DNA of 64,000 nt from Priapulus caudatus (lineage: Eukaryota): contig NW_014577088.1 of assembly GCF_000485595.1 (NCBI RefSeq), positions 1,119,391 to 1,183,390 on the forward strand, given 5' to 3'. Made by a program: the position numbers and the translations under genes. The notes below the pieces were generated by a model that was given only the letters and a program-made list of their open reading frames with translations, did no database searches and was not told where the DNA came from. Below, piece after piece: positions 15,111-27,565 of this stretch. The first letter of the stretch is position 1. The number at the start of each line of letters is the position of its first letter.

Positions 15111-15982
15111 TCAGCGACATCCGCAGCCCTCGACGACCATGTCCTGGTAGTTTTTCAGCACGACTTTCTCGTGCTCGTCGAGGTATAACATGCTGATGGG
15201 GCTGAGGTCTGTCGGCACGCAGCAGGCGCGCGGCACGGCGGCCGGACTCACGGAGTTCACAAGCGTCTGCACGATGGCGTGGTTGGTGGAGTTCAGGTGG
15301 TCGGCGAGCGGGAACGGGCAGTCGCCCTTGCAGTAGAACGCCTGGTAGCCGGGCGGCGCGACGATCCAGTCGTCCCAGCCGACGTCGCGAAAGTCTACGT
15401 ACAGGTTGTGTCGGCGGCAGTTGTTCTTGTGACTGCCCTTCCGGCGGTTGCGTCGCCGACCGCGCTCCGTCTGCCGCTTCGCGCGTCGCCCGCCGAACGA
15501 GCGTCGGCCATCGTCCGTGAAGGCGACGAGAAACGGCTGGTGTCGCCGCCACGCGGCCGCGTCGTCGCTGGACGCCGAGCGGCGTAACCGCACGTGCTGG
15601 CGGTGCGGGTGCGCCGCGTCGAGCCGACGTCCGTGAGCGCTCGTCACCTCGACCCGCAGGCCGTGGTTGTCGCGCGGCCGGTGCGTCCACTGTCGCACGG
15701 CCGGCGACACGTCGAACGACTCCCAGCCGGTGGCGTTGACGTCGATCAGCCGCGTGTCGACGAGTCTCTCGATGATGTCGTCGTCGTCGGCAGCCCCGCT
15801 CGTCGGTGGCGGCGGCTGCACCGTCTCGTAAACGTTCACGCGCACGCGCGTATCGCCGGCGTGGGCCGGCAGCGCCTGCCGGTAAACGCGTAGCTCGGAG
15901 CCAGCTAGATGCTCGTCGCACGGTATGTTGAGGACGTCAAACGACAGCCTGCCGTCAGGCGATGCCTCGCCGTCTCCTCCCG
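15111..15982 (-). CDS. BMP2/4: Bone morphogenetic protein 2/4 (dpp orthologue), last coding exon: prodomain C-half plus mature TGF-beta ligand
   Basis: Seven-Cys TGF-beta domain [25 protein letters not shown]...[24 protein letters not shown]...CCVPT...[17 protein letters not shown] is diagnostic of BMP2/4/Dpp. Furin sites RLRR and RAKR. Acceptor ttttcAG is phase 1, matching the upstream exon. Confidence 0.97.
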
Positions 15983-16042
15983 CTGAAAAAACGTTTGGCA
16001 TAAATACGCGCTTAAATAAAAACGAAACAAAATTATATATAT

Positions 16043-16098
<56 letters not shown>

Positions 16099-16224
16099 GT
16101 CAGTAGAATAACGGAGATGGTGGTATAAATTTTTTACTGTGTCATCAGTAAAAAACATTTAGAATATAAAGCAAGATTAAATTTAATTGTATGTGTGTGT
16201 GCGTGCGTGAGTGCGTGCGTACGA

Positions 16225-16273
<49 letters not shown>

Positions 16274-16743
16274 CAGGCGCCCGTGTGTGTGTGTGTGTGT
16301 GTGCGTGCAGGCGCCCGTGTGTGTGTGTATGTGTGTTTGCGTGGTCGCTTGTGGTTAGGGATGAGTGTACGCGTCTGTCTGTGTATGGTAGGGAAGGAGT
16401 CAACTCGTATTTACATAGTCCCGTTGCCCAGCATGTATTCATACTGCTAAAAGTAAGGCCTAAGTAAGCCGGTATCGCGAAAGTCGTCAAATATTCAAAC
16501 ACACCATTAGCCGTGAGCTTCAATTCTACCCCAGCACATATCCCCGTTAACAGTTCTCAATTGAATAAAAGTAGCACGATTAATTAAAATTAAAATAATG
16601 GATCTCGCAATTGTGTGGATCAAAGCAGGCATGCTATAAAACACCAAATTTTTTTTTAAATTTTAAATTTAAAAAAAGTATAAATTAGCGTTTTCCTGCT
16701 GCAAACATATTCGCGGGGAAAACTTTAACGTTTCTCCACCTAC

Positions 16744-17089
16744 CGAAAAAGCTTCGTATCGTGTTCGACGCGTGGGTCGTTCCGTCTCGTGTGTTGTGAA
16801 ACATGCCGGCTTCCTCCGGATTGCGCAGATGCTCCTGGTACAACTGCAGTATGTACTCCGGTATGGCGGCCTTCGATCGAGGCCTAGGTCGCCTGCTCAG
16901 GCCGAACATTTGCAGCAAGCGTGTCTCGATGTTGTCGAGATATTCCTGCGTCACTTCCGGCGCGTGCAGCTCGTCGGCAACGAGCGAGCTGATGGCGTCG
17001 CGACTAGCTTCCGGTAGAAGATCGGCGCACAGTTCCAAGACTGCAGACAGTAGTACCAGCAGCCACAGTATCCTCGTGCTGCTGGTCAT
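16744..17089 (-). CDS. BMP2/4: BMP2/4 first coding exon: signal peptide plus prodomain N-half
   Basis: Signal peptide MTSSTRILWLLVLLSAVLELC; BMP2/4 prodomain motifs LLQMFGLSRRPRP, IPEYILQLY and NTIRSF. Donor G|GTAGGT is phase 1. An acceptor lies 5 nt upstream of the ATG. Spliced CDS is 1218 nt (405 aa). Confidence 0.95.
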
Positions 17090-19430
17090 GTTTTCTGTGC
17101 GAAGAAAAAGAAGCAAAAACGGATTAGTTCTCGAACGATGAGGCAAGCGAAGCGTGCGAGTTCTGATCGTACGGGCCCACCTACACGTGTATTTTAGAGT
17201 TCAGAGCGCACGCAAACACGACAGCCCAGCGAAGCCGTAGCTTCCTGCAGACACCTGTCTCCCTCCATCTCCCGAACCTGTAGTCGCGTGCGCGTGAGAA
17301 AAACGAATCTGACCGAAAACGCTCGCGCAACAGGTGCTCCCGTGTAAATGCACTAGGCAGAGATAGAATGACACTGAGAAGCTGCATGGGCAAGGTCTTA
17401 TCATGGCGTGTTGAGGATGAGAAGTCTATACGCAGATACACGCGGATACTCATCCTGCTAGATGCAAAAACAATATAAGCTTGCATATTTTCTTCAACAG
17501 CTGCGGTTAGAGCGCGTGCGTACTTAGAATATCCTATATATATATATATATATATATGAGTCGTAGTATGCATATAATAGAGCGGTCTCATGATATTACA
17601 CTCGAAAGAACGTCGACCGTTGTACTGGCGTGTAGTAGCGTACACGTCTTCACGGAAAGGCTGGCCGGAGCTACTGAACAAGGTGACAAAGTAAAAGCGA
17701 ACGGCATGAGTACGGAAAATAAAATGCAGTACCTACTCCCATTAATGAACCAGTCAAAACTCCCGTGCGCATGCCGTAATAAGACGATAGCGGAGATATG
17801 TTCTGGCGAAGTTCGGTCGTTGATTTACTGCCTCTAGAGTGCATGCACCGCGCGCGCTCTCCTATGCGGCGCAGTGACGGCTCGCTGCGCTTTTAACTCA
17901 TTACCTACGCCCACCACGTCGGTCGGTTAGCAGGGCTTATTCCGCGTTTCCGCGTACCGGCGTGCAGCGGCACCTGCATATGCACGAGGCGGCAAGCAAA
18001 AAGGCAACAGATGCTGCAACCGTTCAGCCGAGCAAACTTAGGCATCTTCCTGTTGATGCTGTGCAGATGCCAGCAAGGAAGCGGAGGCAGCATCTTCATC
18101 CGTGACACTCCGCAGATGCGCTCAAGCACGGGGACGTTAATCTATCAGTGTGCGCTGTACGCGGAAAGCCACAGACAAGGAATAGGAACGCCACGCACAC
18201 TCACTCCCACACGCGCACGCACACGCTCACACCCGCGCGCACACGCACATACGCACACGCGCATCCGCAGTCATACACGCGCGTACACATATGCATACGC
18301 GCATGCGCGCGCACGCCCGCGCAATAATTCACCCGCACGCACACATGCACACGCACATACGCGCACGCCCGCACGCACACTCCTCTACGTGAATGAACAC
18401 CCACGGACACGCACAGGCACGCACGCACGCATGCACACAAACCCATCGCGGCGATTCAAACCTATCTATATGCACATGGCCGCACACACTGTTATTGGCT
18501 GGCATTGTTGCGGCAACGACTATATTGTTGGACAACGAACACCTACGTATATATATGCCACGGACGCTTTCGTCACTTTCCAATTCTTGACGCATCACGC
18601 CTACATATGAACTTATAATGTTAGTGCTTGCCTTACTCTGCTGACAGCTCACAGTATATGCTATGTCAGCTCCGACATGACGGTATCGCGTTCATGCAGT
18701 AAGTGGCGCGGCAGGTTTATGGTTGAACCATCCCACGACATCCTGCTGCGCGGTTTTGGAAAATTAGTTTATATCCCCATAAACTGTCAAATAAATATCT
18801 AAGTCGCGCTACTGTTCATGACAGCGAACATGGATATCGCAGGGCCGGTGGTCAGAAATCGAACACATCATCTACAGACTGAAACCGAATCCGGCGGGGA
18901 AACGGGAACCTCTCTACAGACATATCAACAACGGGGTAAACACTTACCTCTGTACATATACAGCTTCTTCCATCAGTCGGGAAAACAGTTATCCCTCCAC
19001 GTAAACCAGCGCCAGCCAATCTTCAGAGAGCAGCGACGGGCGCCACATGCTCATTCAATTTAGATCTTCGTGCGGTTTAATAAGTTCTACTTATGACCAT
19101 AGTTAGGAGATCTACCATGCGACGTCGTCGTCTTAACGTCATTAAAAATCCGAGAAATCGTAAAAGTAATAAAAGCGCTGATGTAAGACAGCTGCTGGAT
19201 GAAGCCCGATGAAGCTGAATGAATATGAGCGGCTTCAACTATGTGCGTCTCATAGACGCCTTAGCTTACAGATTCACCCACCGTTATACAGCCATCGTTG
19301 GAATGAAGAAGATCGCGACTGTTGGAGTCTTAGCACCACGCTTCCACTAAGATTTGCGCACAATCAAACACGCGATTATAATTCGTGTTGAAATTTCATT
19401 ACAAATAGAGCAGTTGTAATGGAATCAAAA

Positions 19431-19826
19431 TCAGTGGATGGACCCGTCTAGGATACCCAGGCAGGTTCTCTATAGTGAGCTGTCTGAAGGTAAGCGTCAC
19501 TGAGATAGACCGCGGAAACGCTACAAGGACACACTAAAAGATGCCCTCAAATGGGCCCCGTTGCATCCTACGCAGCTCGAACCTACAGCTGCTGACAGAA
19601 CTAATTGGAGAGCTGCCTCCAGGAATGCCACGCTGAAATTTGAGGAAAACCGTCGTGAGTTCCTGGCAGCTGCTAGAGAGCGACGCCACAGGGCAGCGTC
19701 CCGTCCACCAACCCAGTCCCTGGACTTTCAGTGGCCAATCTGTGCCCGGGCGTTTGCTTCTGCCTTCGGCCTACGGAGCCACATGAAAGCGCATTGGTAA
19801 AATGCACAACGACTACTAGCAGAATA
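19431..19826 (+). mobile_element. 5'-truncated RTE-like non-LTR retrotransposon 3' end (decayed)
   Basis: Translates RIPRQVLYSELSEGKR*..RPRKRYKDTLK..AADRTNWR..ICARAFASAFGLRSHMKAH, the post-RT region plus degenerate C2H2 finger typical of RTE-type LINEs. In-frame stop present. Flanked by GAATCAAAA direct repeats (19422-19430, 19827-19835). Confidence 0.8.
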
Positions 19827-21556
19827 GAATCAAAACATATTCAGCTTGCCATTAAAAATATATTAAAACATATTAAAAGTTCATACTTAATAAATTAAAT
19901 ACATCAATAACTTACGAAATACAGCGCGTTTGCGCTTTGCAACAATTGATTGAATTCTTGCATATTGCTATCATATTAGTTTAGATCAATCTACAATAAC
20001 ACCGTCGTGGCATAGCGACCATTGTTACAGCGTAACAAATTAACAATCTGTTTGGACAGACTTGTATTTTCGAACATGCTCTATGAAACACTAAAGATTC
20101 TGTTGAACCGAGAAGATTTGTTGAACTTTAATTCGTTATTACCATGACAAACAGACTGGCGTCGAGGAAATTGCATTGAAACATACATAATTAAATTTAC
20201 CTTTGAACCTAACTATTTATGCGAATAATTTGCTGTATAAAATTGCTGAATAAATTAAAAGAACGTGAATAAAGTAAAGATAGAATTAACATTTCATCGT
20301 CATTTGAAGAGACGATGATGCCACATCCATAGAGTTCCCTGTTTTATCATCGTTATATAGAATACCACGAAACTCCGTGACCAGGATCGCGCGTCAATCA
20401 TCGTAATTTACGGCGATCAATCAAGAAGGCAGACGTTCCAAGTGTCTCGGGGGGACCGAGATCCTCCCGGTACGACATGCTGGTCCCGGAGCCCCGGTAT
20501 GAGTCCAAAAAGTCCCGGTCGTAACATTTTTCAGCCATATTTTATCATTTACATCAGTAAATTACTAAATTTGCCGTGGTTGTTGATGTACTTTGATTCC
20601 AGCGAACAATAAAAGGCCACAAATTTGTTTTTTTTGCATTTTCATTTTGAATTTTCATTTTATTTTACATTTATACTTTATAAAAAATGGTGGTGCGCCG
20701 CGACAAACACATGTCGCAGCCCGCCACAACTTTTTACCTGTTTTTGCGCACCGCGGAAAAACGGCGATGGACCATTATCACAAGTGATCACTTTCTTGGA
20801 TTTTCCCAACTTGGGACCTCTGAGAAGGAATTAGTAAACACTACTTTAAGAGTTCAAGCAAACGATCGTTTGGTTTCCAGGGCGATACTTTTAGTGAAAG
20901 TGTTACGTTAGCGACTCGTAACAGACACAGACGCGGGCGATCTGATTGAGTCAGTCGAGCACGGACCGCTTCTATCGTATCACTGTTTTCGTAACTCATA
21001 ATTGAAATAAAACGCTAACTCTCGCGTCGTATTTCAAACATCAACAAACGCGGGGTTCAGCTCGCTCGCCGACAAACGCGCCAGAAAAGCAATATGTTAG
21101 TCCGAAATTTTTCCTACTTAGCTTACAATAACCGAATTATTTAGCCGTTCACTGTGTTTGTTGCATCTGTATGGTTCCTGTTATGCGGGGCGAAAGTGTG
21201 GGAAGATGCGGGCGCATTGCGACTTGAATAGCCGATGAACGCATGTACGTGGTGGATGGAGCAACGAGTACGTGTGTCTTGCATGGCCTACGGATATTTC
21301 GTACGCGATACTCGTTGCGCAACCATATGTGTACGTGGGAGCGATTACTGAACTGTTGCAATCACCACGCGATCTACGGCTAATCCTTTCAGCTGCTTAA
21401 TTACATTGCCGATAGCAGCCAACTTTACAAATTAACCGCCAACCAACAAACGCATACATCCGTAGCGGACGGACTACACGCCATCCCTGTCACCATACTA
21501 CTCCAAACATAGTATTTCCCAATCTCTGTCCCAGCCTCCCTTCAGGCTATTTGTTT

Positions 21557-21611
<55 letters not shown>

Positions 21612-21621
21612 NNNNNNNNNN

Positions 21622-21692
<71 letters not shown>

Positions 21693-21702
21693 GTTGTCGT
21701 CG

Positions 21703-21756
<54 letters not shown>

Positions 21757-24091
21757 GAGAAAATCGGAAACAAATCGGCCGCAACCACGATCTATTGGTT
21801 ACCTGCGCGTACTCGCGCAAAAGCTATGCTCATCCATCGTCAGGTTACCGACTACAATTCACAAAGGAATCAGCCACCGTCGTAGTGGCTCTATGTGCAA
21901 CGTACAACCGCGCAGCTGCATCGCTTTCATAGGCATCGATCCGGCGGTCATGCATTCGACAAAACAACAGTAGACATAACATCGGCGACGGCTGGTCACG
22001 ACCTTTGACCTGGAAGCGCGATACAATTACAGCTGCAGTAACACACCGCAAAAGCATTCCGCTGCCGAGCTGAGTCGAGTACAGCATCCTTATCCTCATC
22101 CTCATCCTCATCCTCATCCTCGCGTGTTCACAGTAGCGGTGATCTACTTCGTCTCCTCTCACGGCAATAATTCTAAGGGGAGACGCCAGTGCGTAAATCG
22201 CATTCTACACGGGCCAAGAAAGAAGGTCCGCTATTTGTTATAAGGAGGATCTATGTTATACACTTCTAATGTTATGGAATATGGCTTATGAATATACGGT
22301 TATAAATATACTGCGCGTCTTCCCGAGTTCGTGCTAAAGGCCAAAGGGTTGGTGTATATACACCACATTCGCACCTTCCTGAAGACGATAGAGAAGATGC
22401 ACGCACGTAAACCACTTTTCTACTCCTTCATACGGGTTAACAATGACTCAAGTTTCCCCAAATAGGAATGAAGAGGGTGTGAACTCCCGCCTCTCCCTCC
22501 TCTATAGATAGGGACGATGGTGTTGGCTAACCATCCATTTGATAGGTGTATGTGTATACTCTAGTCTCTTTCTATACGATATAGATTAGGAGGCTGCGAA
22601 TTTCCCTAATCTCCAACTCTAATCTCCTCTATAGAGAATTAAGAGAGTGCTATTTCTTTTCGTCGATCTAATAAACATTGAAGGAATGTGCAGGAATGAC
22701 ATGTCTTGTACATGTCTTTCACTCCCCCATAGCCTCACTGCAGATCATGAAAACTGTATTCGCTCCTTCTTATACTTCCCACAGATCATGAAGAATCTAG
22801 CCTATCGCCCTTCATATCCCTACTGCATGTCAGAAAAGATTTCTCTGCTTTATACCCTGCATTGTTGCAGATCCTGAATGAAAGATCCCTTCTCTCATAG
22901 CCCTGTTGCAGATCACGAATTATTTATCCTTTACTGCATATCCATCCATACTGTAGATGATAAAGAGTTTATAAAATATGTCCCATCCTTACTGCAGATA
23001 ACAAATAATGGTAAAAGAACTTTCTTCTACATCGAACACATATTAAGAAGCGAGCTGGCTGACATCGCGCATTGGCAGGTAAAAATCTCACATAAGTTAG
23101 TAGCGTCACTGGCCAGGAGAACGCCACTGTCCTTGGCTCTACATCTCCAGTTCTGCGCTACATTTTTAGCTTCAGCTCACAAAATCATACTCACTTTCAC
23201 CGTAACTTCCGAACCCACCGAAATATATATATATATATATATATTAAATGGTTAGAGTTGGTTTGGAATTTACTGGGAAAGTAAACCCCACTCTTCCCTC
23301 GCTCTCCGCCCCCACCCTCCTCTCTCCTCTCTCTTCTCTCTCCGCTCTCGTCTCTCTCCGTCCTTTTCTCTCGTTTAGCTTTTCTCTCAGTCTCATGTCT
23401 CTCTTCGATCGTCTCTCTCGTCTGTCGTCTCTCTCTATCTCACTCTCTCATCTTTCACTCTCTGCTCTCGTCATCTACTGTCTCTTATATATACATATAT
23501 ATATAGTAAGAGAGTTAGAGGAGAGTAGGTGTGCTTAGACTAACTTCGACGCACTGTGTCATGGGCATCTAGCTCGGTCAGTGCATCAAGTCTCTCAATT
23601 CGTGTACAAGATCACGAGGGCCACGCAGGCGCGCGAGCCGCATGAACACCAACCACTGCGTGATGCCAAGCGGGAGAAACGACACAAGGTCAGCTAATGG
23701 CGACCAGCGGGAGGGCCGTCGCGCGATCACGCACTCGGCCGGCCACCAATTGATGACTACAAATGCGATGAGCTGGCGCAATACGGCGGCTGTGTCCGCC
23801 GGGCGACGCGCGCCTTTGTTGTGGCCCAGGGCAGCGCGGCGCGCTCCTCTCTCCGCACGCGTGTTCTTTTCAATTCTTTTCGCCAAAACTCGTTTGATTA
23901 CAGACTGAATGGAGCCGGGACGCGTACAGCAAGCAGGTCGTGGGATCTCCTAATAGCGGTCATACCGTGCCGTAGGTGCCCGCTCGAGCCGCTATGGGCA
24001 AGGTACTGTTGGTAGGCCGGACTACGGGTACAGCATATATCACGTATAAACATTGTGGATATATTGTAGCGTAAGCTTGATATGATACAAC

Positions 24092-24150
24092 CAGGAGTGA
24101 CATAATATCGACTTATTAGTCTATATATAGTCTGTATTATGAAACTCCTG
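24092..24150. mobile_element. Tiny palindromic MITE (CAGGAG...CTCCTG) with near-perfect 7-bp TSD
   Basis: ATACAAC|CAGGAGT...ACTCCTG|ATACAAT. Confidence 0.65.
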
Positions 24151-26271
24151 ATACAATATGGTATAACGCGGATGTGATACGCATAGCATGTTTAAAGTAT
24201 ATCATAACTAACGTAACGTATGAGACGCAAGGCGTAATGTTATAGACACGGCAACACGTGTATAACATATAATAACACACACTATATATAGTACATGTGC
24301 ATTATAAATAATAATACATAGTGCCAGCTCAGTGGTAATCAGAGTCTATGCAGCAGAGTCTATGCACTGTGGTATTTTCGCAAGCAATAAATTGTGAATA
24401 TTTCCTATGGGTCTTGTGTTTAAAATACAATACCTACATCGAGACCTTGCGCAATCGACGTATAGTTACGAAAAAATATATACCGTAGTCTAGATATATA
24501 TAAGGCAGTAGAACACAGGATTCACGAGAGAGCACGTTACATGACACATGTTATATAAAGTATATCTATAGGTATGGCATATTTACAATGCGTTGCCATA
24601 TGGTATACGTATGGGTGCGTATCAATGACAATTATAGTACATAGGTATTATTTTATATTGTAATCAATGGTAATTAATCGGAATGGGGATTAATATAGTT
24701 ACGCACATGATGCGAAGCCCTCGGCTGGTGCACCCTCGTACGTGATTGTTTCCAGCCTAAGTAAGTCACCGCCGTAGCTTACCCGTGCAACCTCCACCGG
24801 AGGCAGAGATTCTATCATCATAGCTTTAAATCGCTCGTGTTCGACTGATTCATACACTGTCTCGGGCTTGAAAGGTGATAAAATTAACGACATTGCTTTA
24901 CTTTAGCTAGGCGAATTCTGGTGGGTTTATGTCAGCCTCGCTTCAAGCGCTCGGGTGTTAATCGAGCTATCCTTTCCCTCGTTTGCGTCAGTAAAATCCC
25001 CTGCATGGGGGGATAGGCTGTTACATTAAGCCATTGTGTCACACGTTATATATTGTTAGGAGTTTGCAATCGCGTACTTGTTTGTTTTCCTTCTCCAGGG
25101 ATAGCTGCTAGCCGAACAAGCATATCTCAGTAGCTATATATAAATACAGCGAAGGCCCTTCCCCTCTAATTAGTAACACGTCTCCTTCGGGGAGCATCGT
25201 TTTGTGTTATCGACATGCGAAAATACAGCCGCCTTACGTCTGGAATCTGTTCTCGCGTGCACAAAAACACAAGTTTGAGCGCAAAATAGCGAAAACTCGA
25301 CAGAGATGCATTGCAGCTGCCTGGGAGAGATGTGCCTGCCTTGCTTTCCATTTACCAGCCTTCCTTCGCCGCAGCGCTACGCACAGCCCGTTCGAATGAT
25401 GGTATCAGGAGTAGTTTACGGGACATATAACAATAATCCCATAACATAAGTTATTATGTAAACTATATCAGGAGTAAATAAAAACAACCTATCTGCGCAG
25501 CTTGCAACTATTGCAAGTATAACTGCAACGGTATGTTGTGAACATCTTATATGATGAAGATTTTCACCTTATCTTCGATAAGAAAAACTCTCTCTAGTCG
25601 TAGCAATGAGGCACTATAATTGGTGAAGATATTAAAGATGTGTGTGTGCGCGCGCACACGAGCCTTGTAGTTTCTGAAGCAAAATCGAACTTGGCGATAT
25701 ATGCACGAGCGAGAGCATCTCTATAATTCCCTCCATCTACTGGATGTTGACTAGTATATGGTGCCGTGATTACGAAAAATATTAACAATAATGTTTTTAG
25801 ATTTATTGCTGATAATACTATATTACAGATTTACTACATTTTTGGTCAGACTCTTAAGTTTATAAAAACATGTCGAGTTTATATTTGCAAGCGCTCATGT
25901 AGCGCCTGTACCGGATTAGCCTTTATTATGCCTTGTACCGTATATTTGTAGCCAGGCATTACATATTCGGCAACGCATCGCACATCTTCTATACACGGTT
26001 CATGGTCAAACAAGTCGTGAAGATGACATTACTATATATACGTCCTCCATTACAAACTGTTTACAAACCTAGCTTTGTGTTAAAATACCCGCGTAATTAA
26101 GCCTCAAGGGGTCCGTTCATACATCGAAAGAGATTGGGTTTATAGTCCACTTTTTATATTCCACGAAACATTGCATTTAGCCGATTCCTACTGGAGAGAG
26201 AGAGAGAGAAAGACAGAGAGAACTGAAAGAAAGAAAGCGAGGGAGACAGAGAGTGAGAGAGAGAAAGAGAG

Positions 26272-26308
<37 letters not shown>

Positions 26309-26829
26309 CGAGCGAGAAGAGGAAGAGAGAGAGAGAGTGAGAGAGAGAGAGAGACAGGAAAAGAGAGAGAGAGAGAGAGAGAGGGGCAGTGCGTACGACG
26401 AGTCTGTAATTGAGGGCCGTTGATACGGCGGATAATTACGATCTATTGTTGTCAACGTCCCATGCGCACGAACAGATCACGCGGACCGCGTCAATCTTTC
26501 CTGCATCATCGTCTCACCCATCCTCTCTTCACGCACGCACGCACGCACGCACGCACCCACGTCGGTGTAAACCCGATGTATATCAGTAGTTCGTATATAT
26601 TTACACAGCGGTCCGAGTGTACAGGAGTGCTTAGCAGTGATCAGGCAGTGCTAAGTATGGCAGAGCTAGAGCTAATGCCCTAATCGGTAATCTTAACTAG
26701 TACACCCACGCACGGATCCGTTCGTATCCTGGCCCGAATGATGCGGATATCCCGTTACGCACGCGGATTGCACACAAGCATACGCGCTACCGTGACGAGA
26801 CACTGCGATCGGTTGTCAGTTCTACTCAC

Positions 26830-27480
26830 CTTGATATGATGGGGTTTCGAGTATACTTGACGTCCAGTCATATCCAAGCGATTGTGCTCGTGCGGGCGCG
26901 TATGACGACGATCACTGTATAGCTACGTATATATGTGCCGACGGTGAATATGTTTATATAGCTCTCACAGCGCTATTAGCGCATCCTCTACAACAACAGT
27001 GTTCTCCGCGAAGCTTTCATCAATCGCTTCCGCTGACGAGAAAAGTTTCACTCGATGCCACGCGCACTACGTCACGTATCCTCTCATGGCGCACGCGTGC
27101 GTGCATGCGCGCGAGCGTGCGGACAGCTCTACCGCCACGTCGATGCGTGCATACTAATGTCACACCTCTGCGCTGGCGGCCGCCAGAACACTGTATATAT
27201 CTCACTCTGCGTGTCTATTTATATAGCGACGCAATACGTCAGCTCATCTGTCGTCAGCAGGGGTAAGCGTGCGTCGGCTGGGCGACGCAGACAACGAGTC
27301 GGGCAATCAGAGCTGGTCGCCGAGTAATCCTAACGCTGACACGAGCGTCGGAGCAGACGCGGAATACGCGATCTGTGAAACATGTTGCGATTTTCGCCGC
27401 ACGGATACCTCACTTCTCTCTCTCGCGCGCGTGAACAGTAGTGTCTCTACGCTGATGATGAATTCCACTTGCATCGCAGC
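26830..27480 (-). other. BMP2/4: Probable non-coding first (5'UTR) exon of BMP2/4; 5' end approximate
   Basis: Strong donor AAG|GTGAGT at 26830/26829. CpG-rich region with promoter motifs just upstream. The coding exon has an acceptor 5 nt before its ATG, so an upstream exon is required. Confidence 0.5.
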
Positions 27481-27494
27481 GCAGAAGTAATACG

Positions 27495-27565
27495 CGCCGA
27501 GGCGGCCAATCAGAAACCGGTTCCGCCCGACGCATGCGCAGCGATGCGCGATCGCTTCGCGCAAC
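27495..27565 (-). promoter_or_regulatory. Putative BMP2/4 promoter (CCAAT box, NRF1-like CGCATGCGCA, CpG-rich)
   Basis: GGCCAATCAG near 27503 and CGCATGCGCA near 27531, directly upstream of the putative first exon. Confidence 0.4.

Noticed and set aside
15028..15921. 297-aa alternative-frame ORF overlapping the BMP2/4 exon
   Set aside because: Expected by-product of very GC-rich codon usage; Arg/Ala/Pro-rich with no recognisable motif.
24783..24866. Possible extra minus-strand 84-nt exon (tttcaAG ... CGG|GTAAGC) in the BMP2/4 upstream intron
   Set aside because: The splice signals are plausible, but there is no homology or other support; it cannot be called without transcripts.
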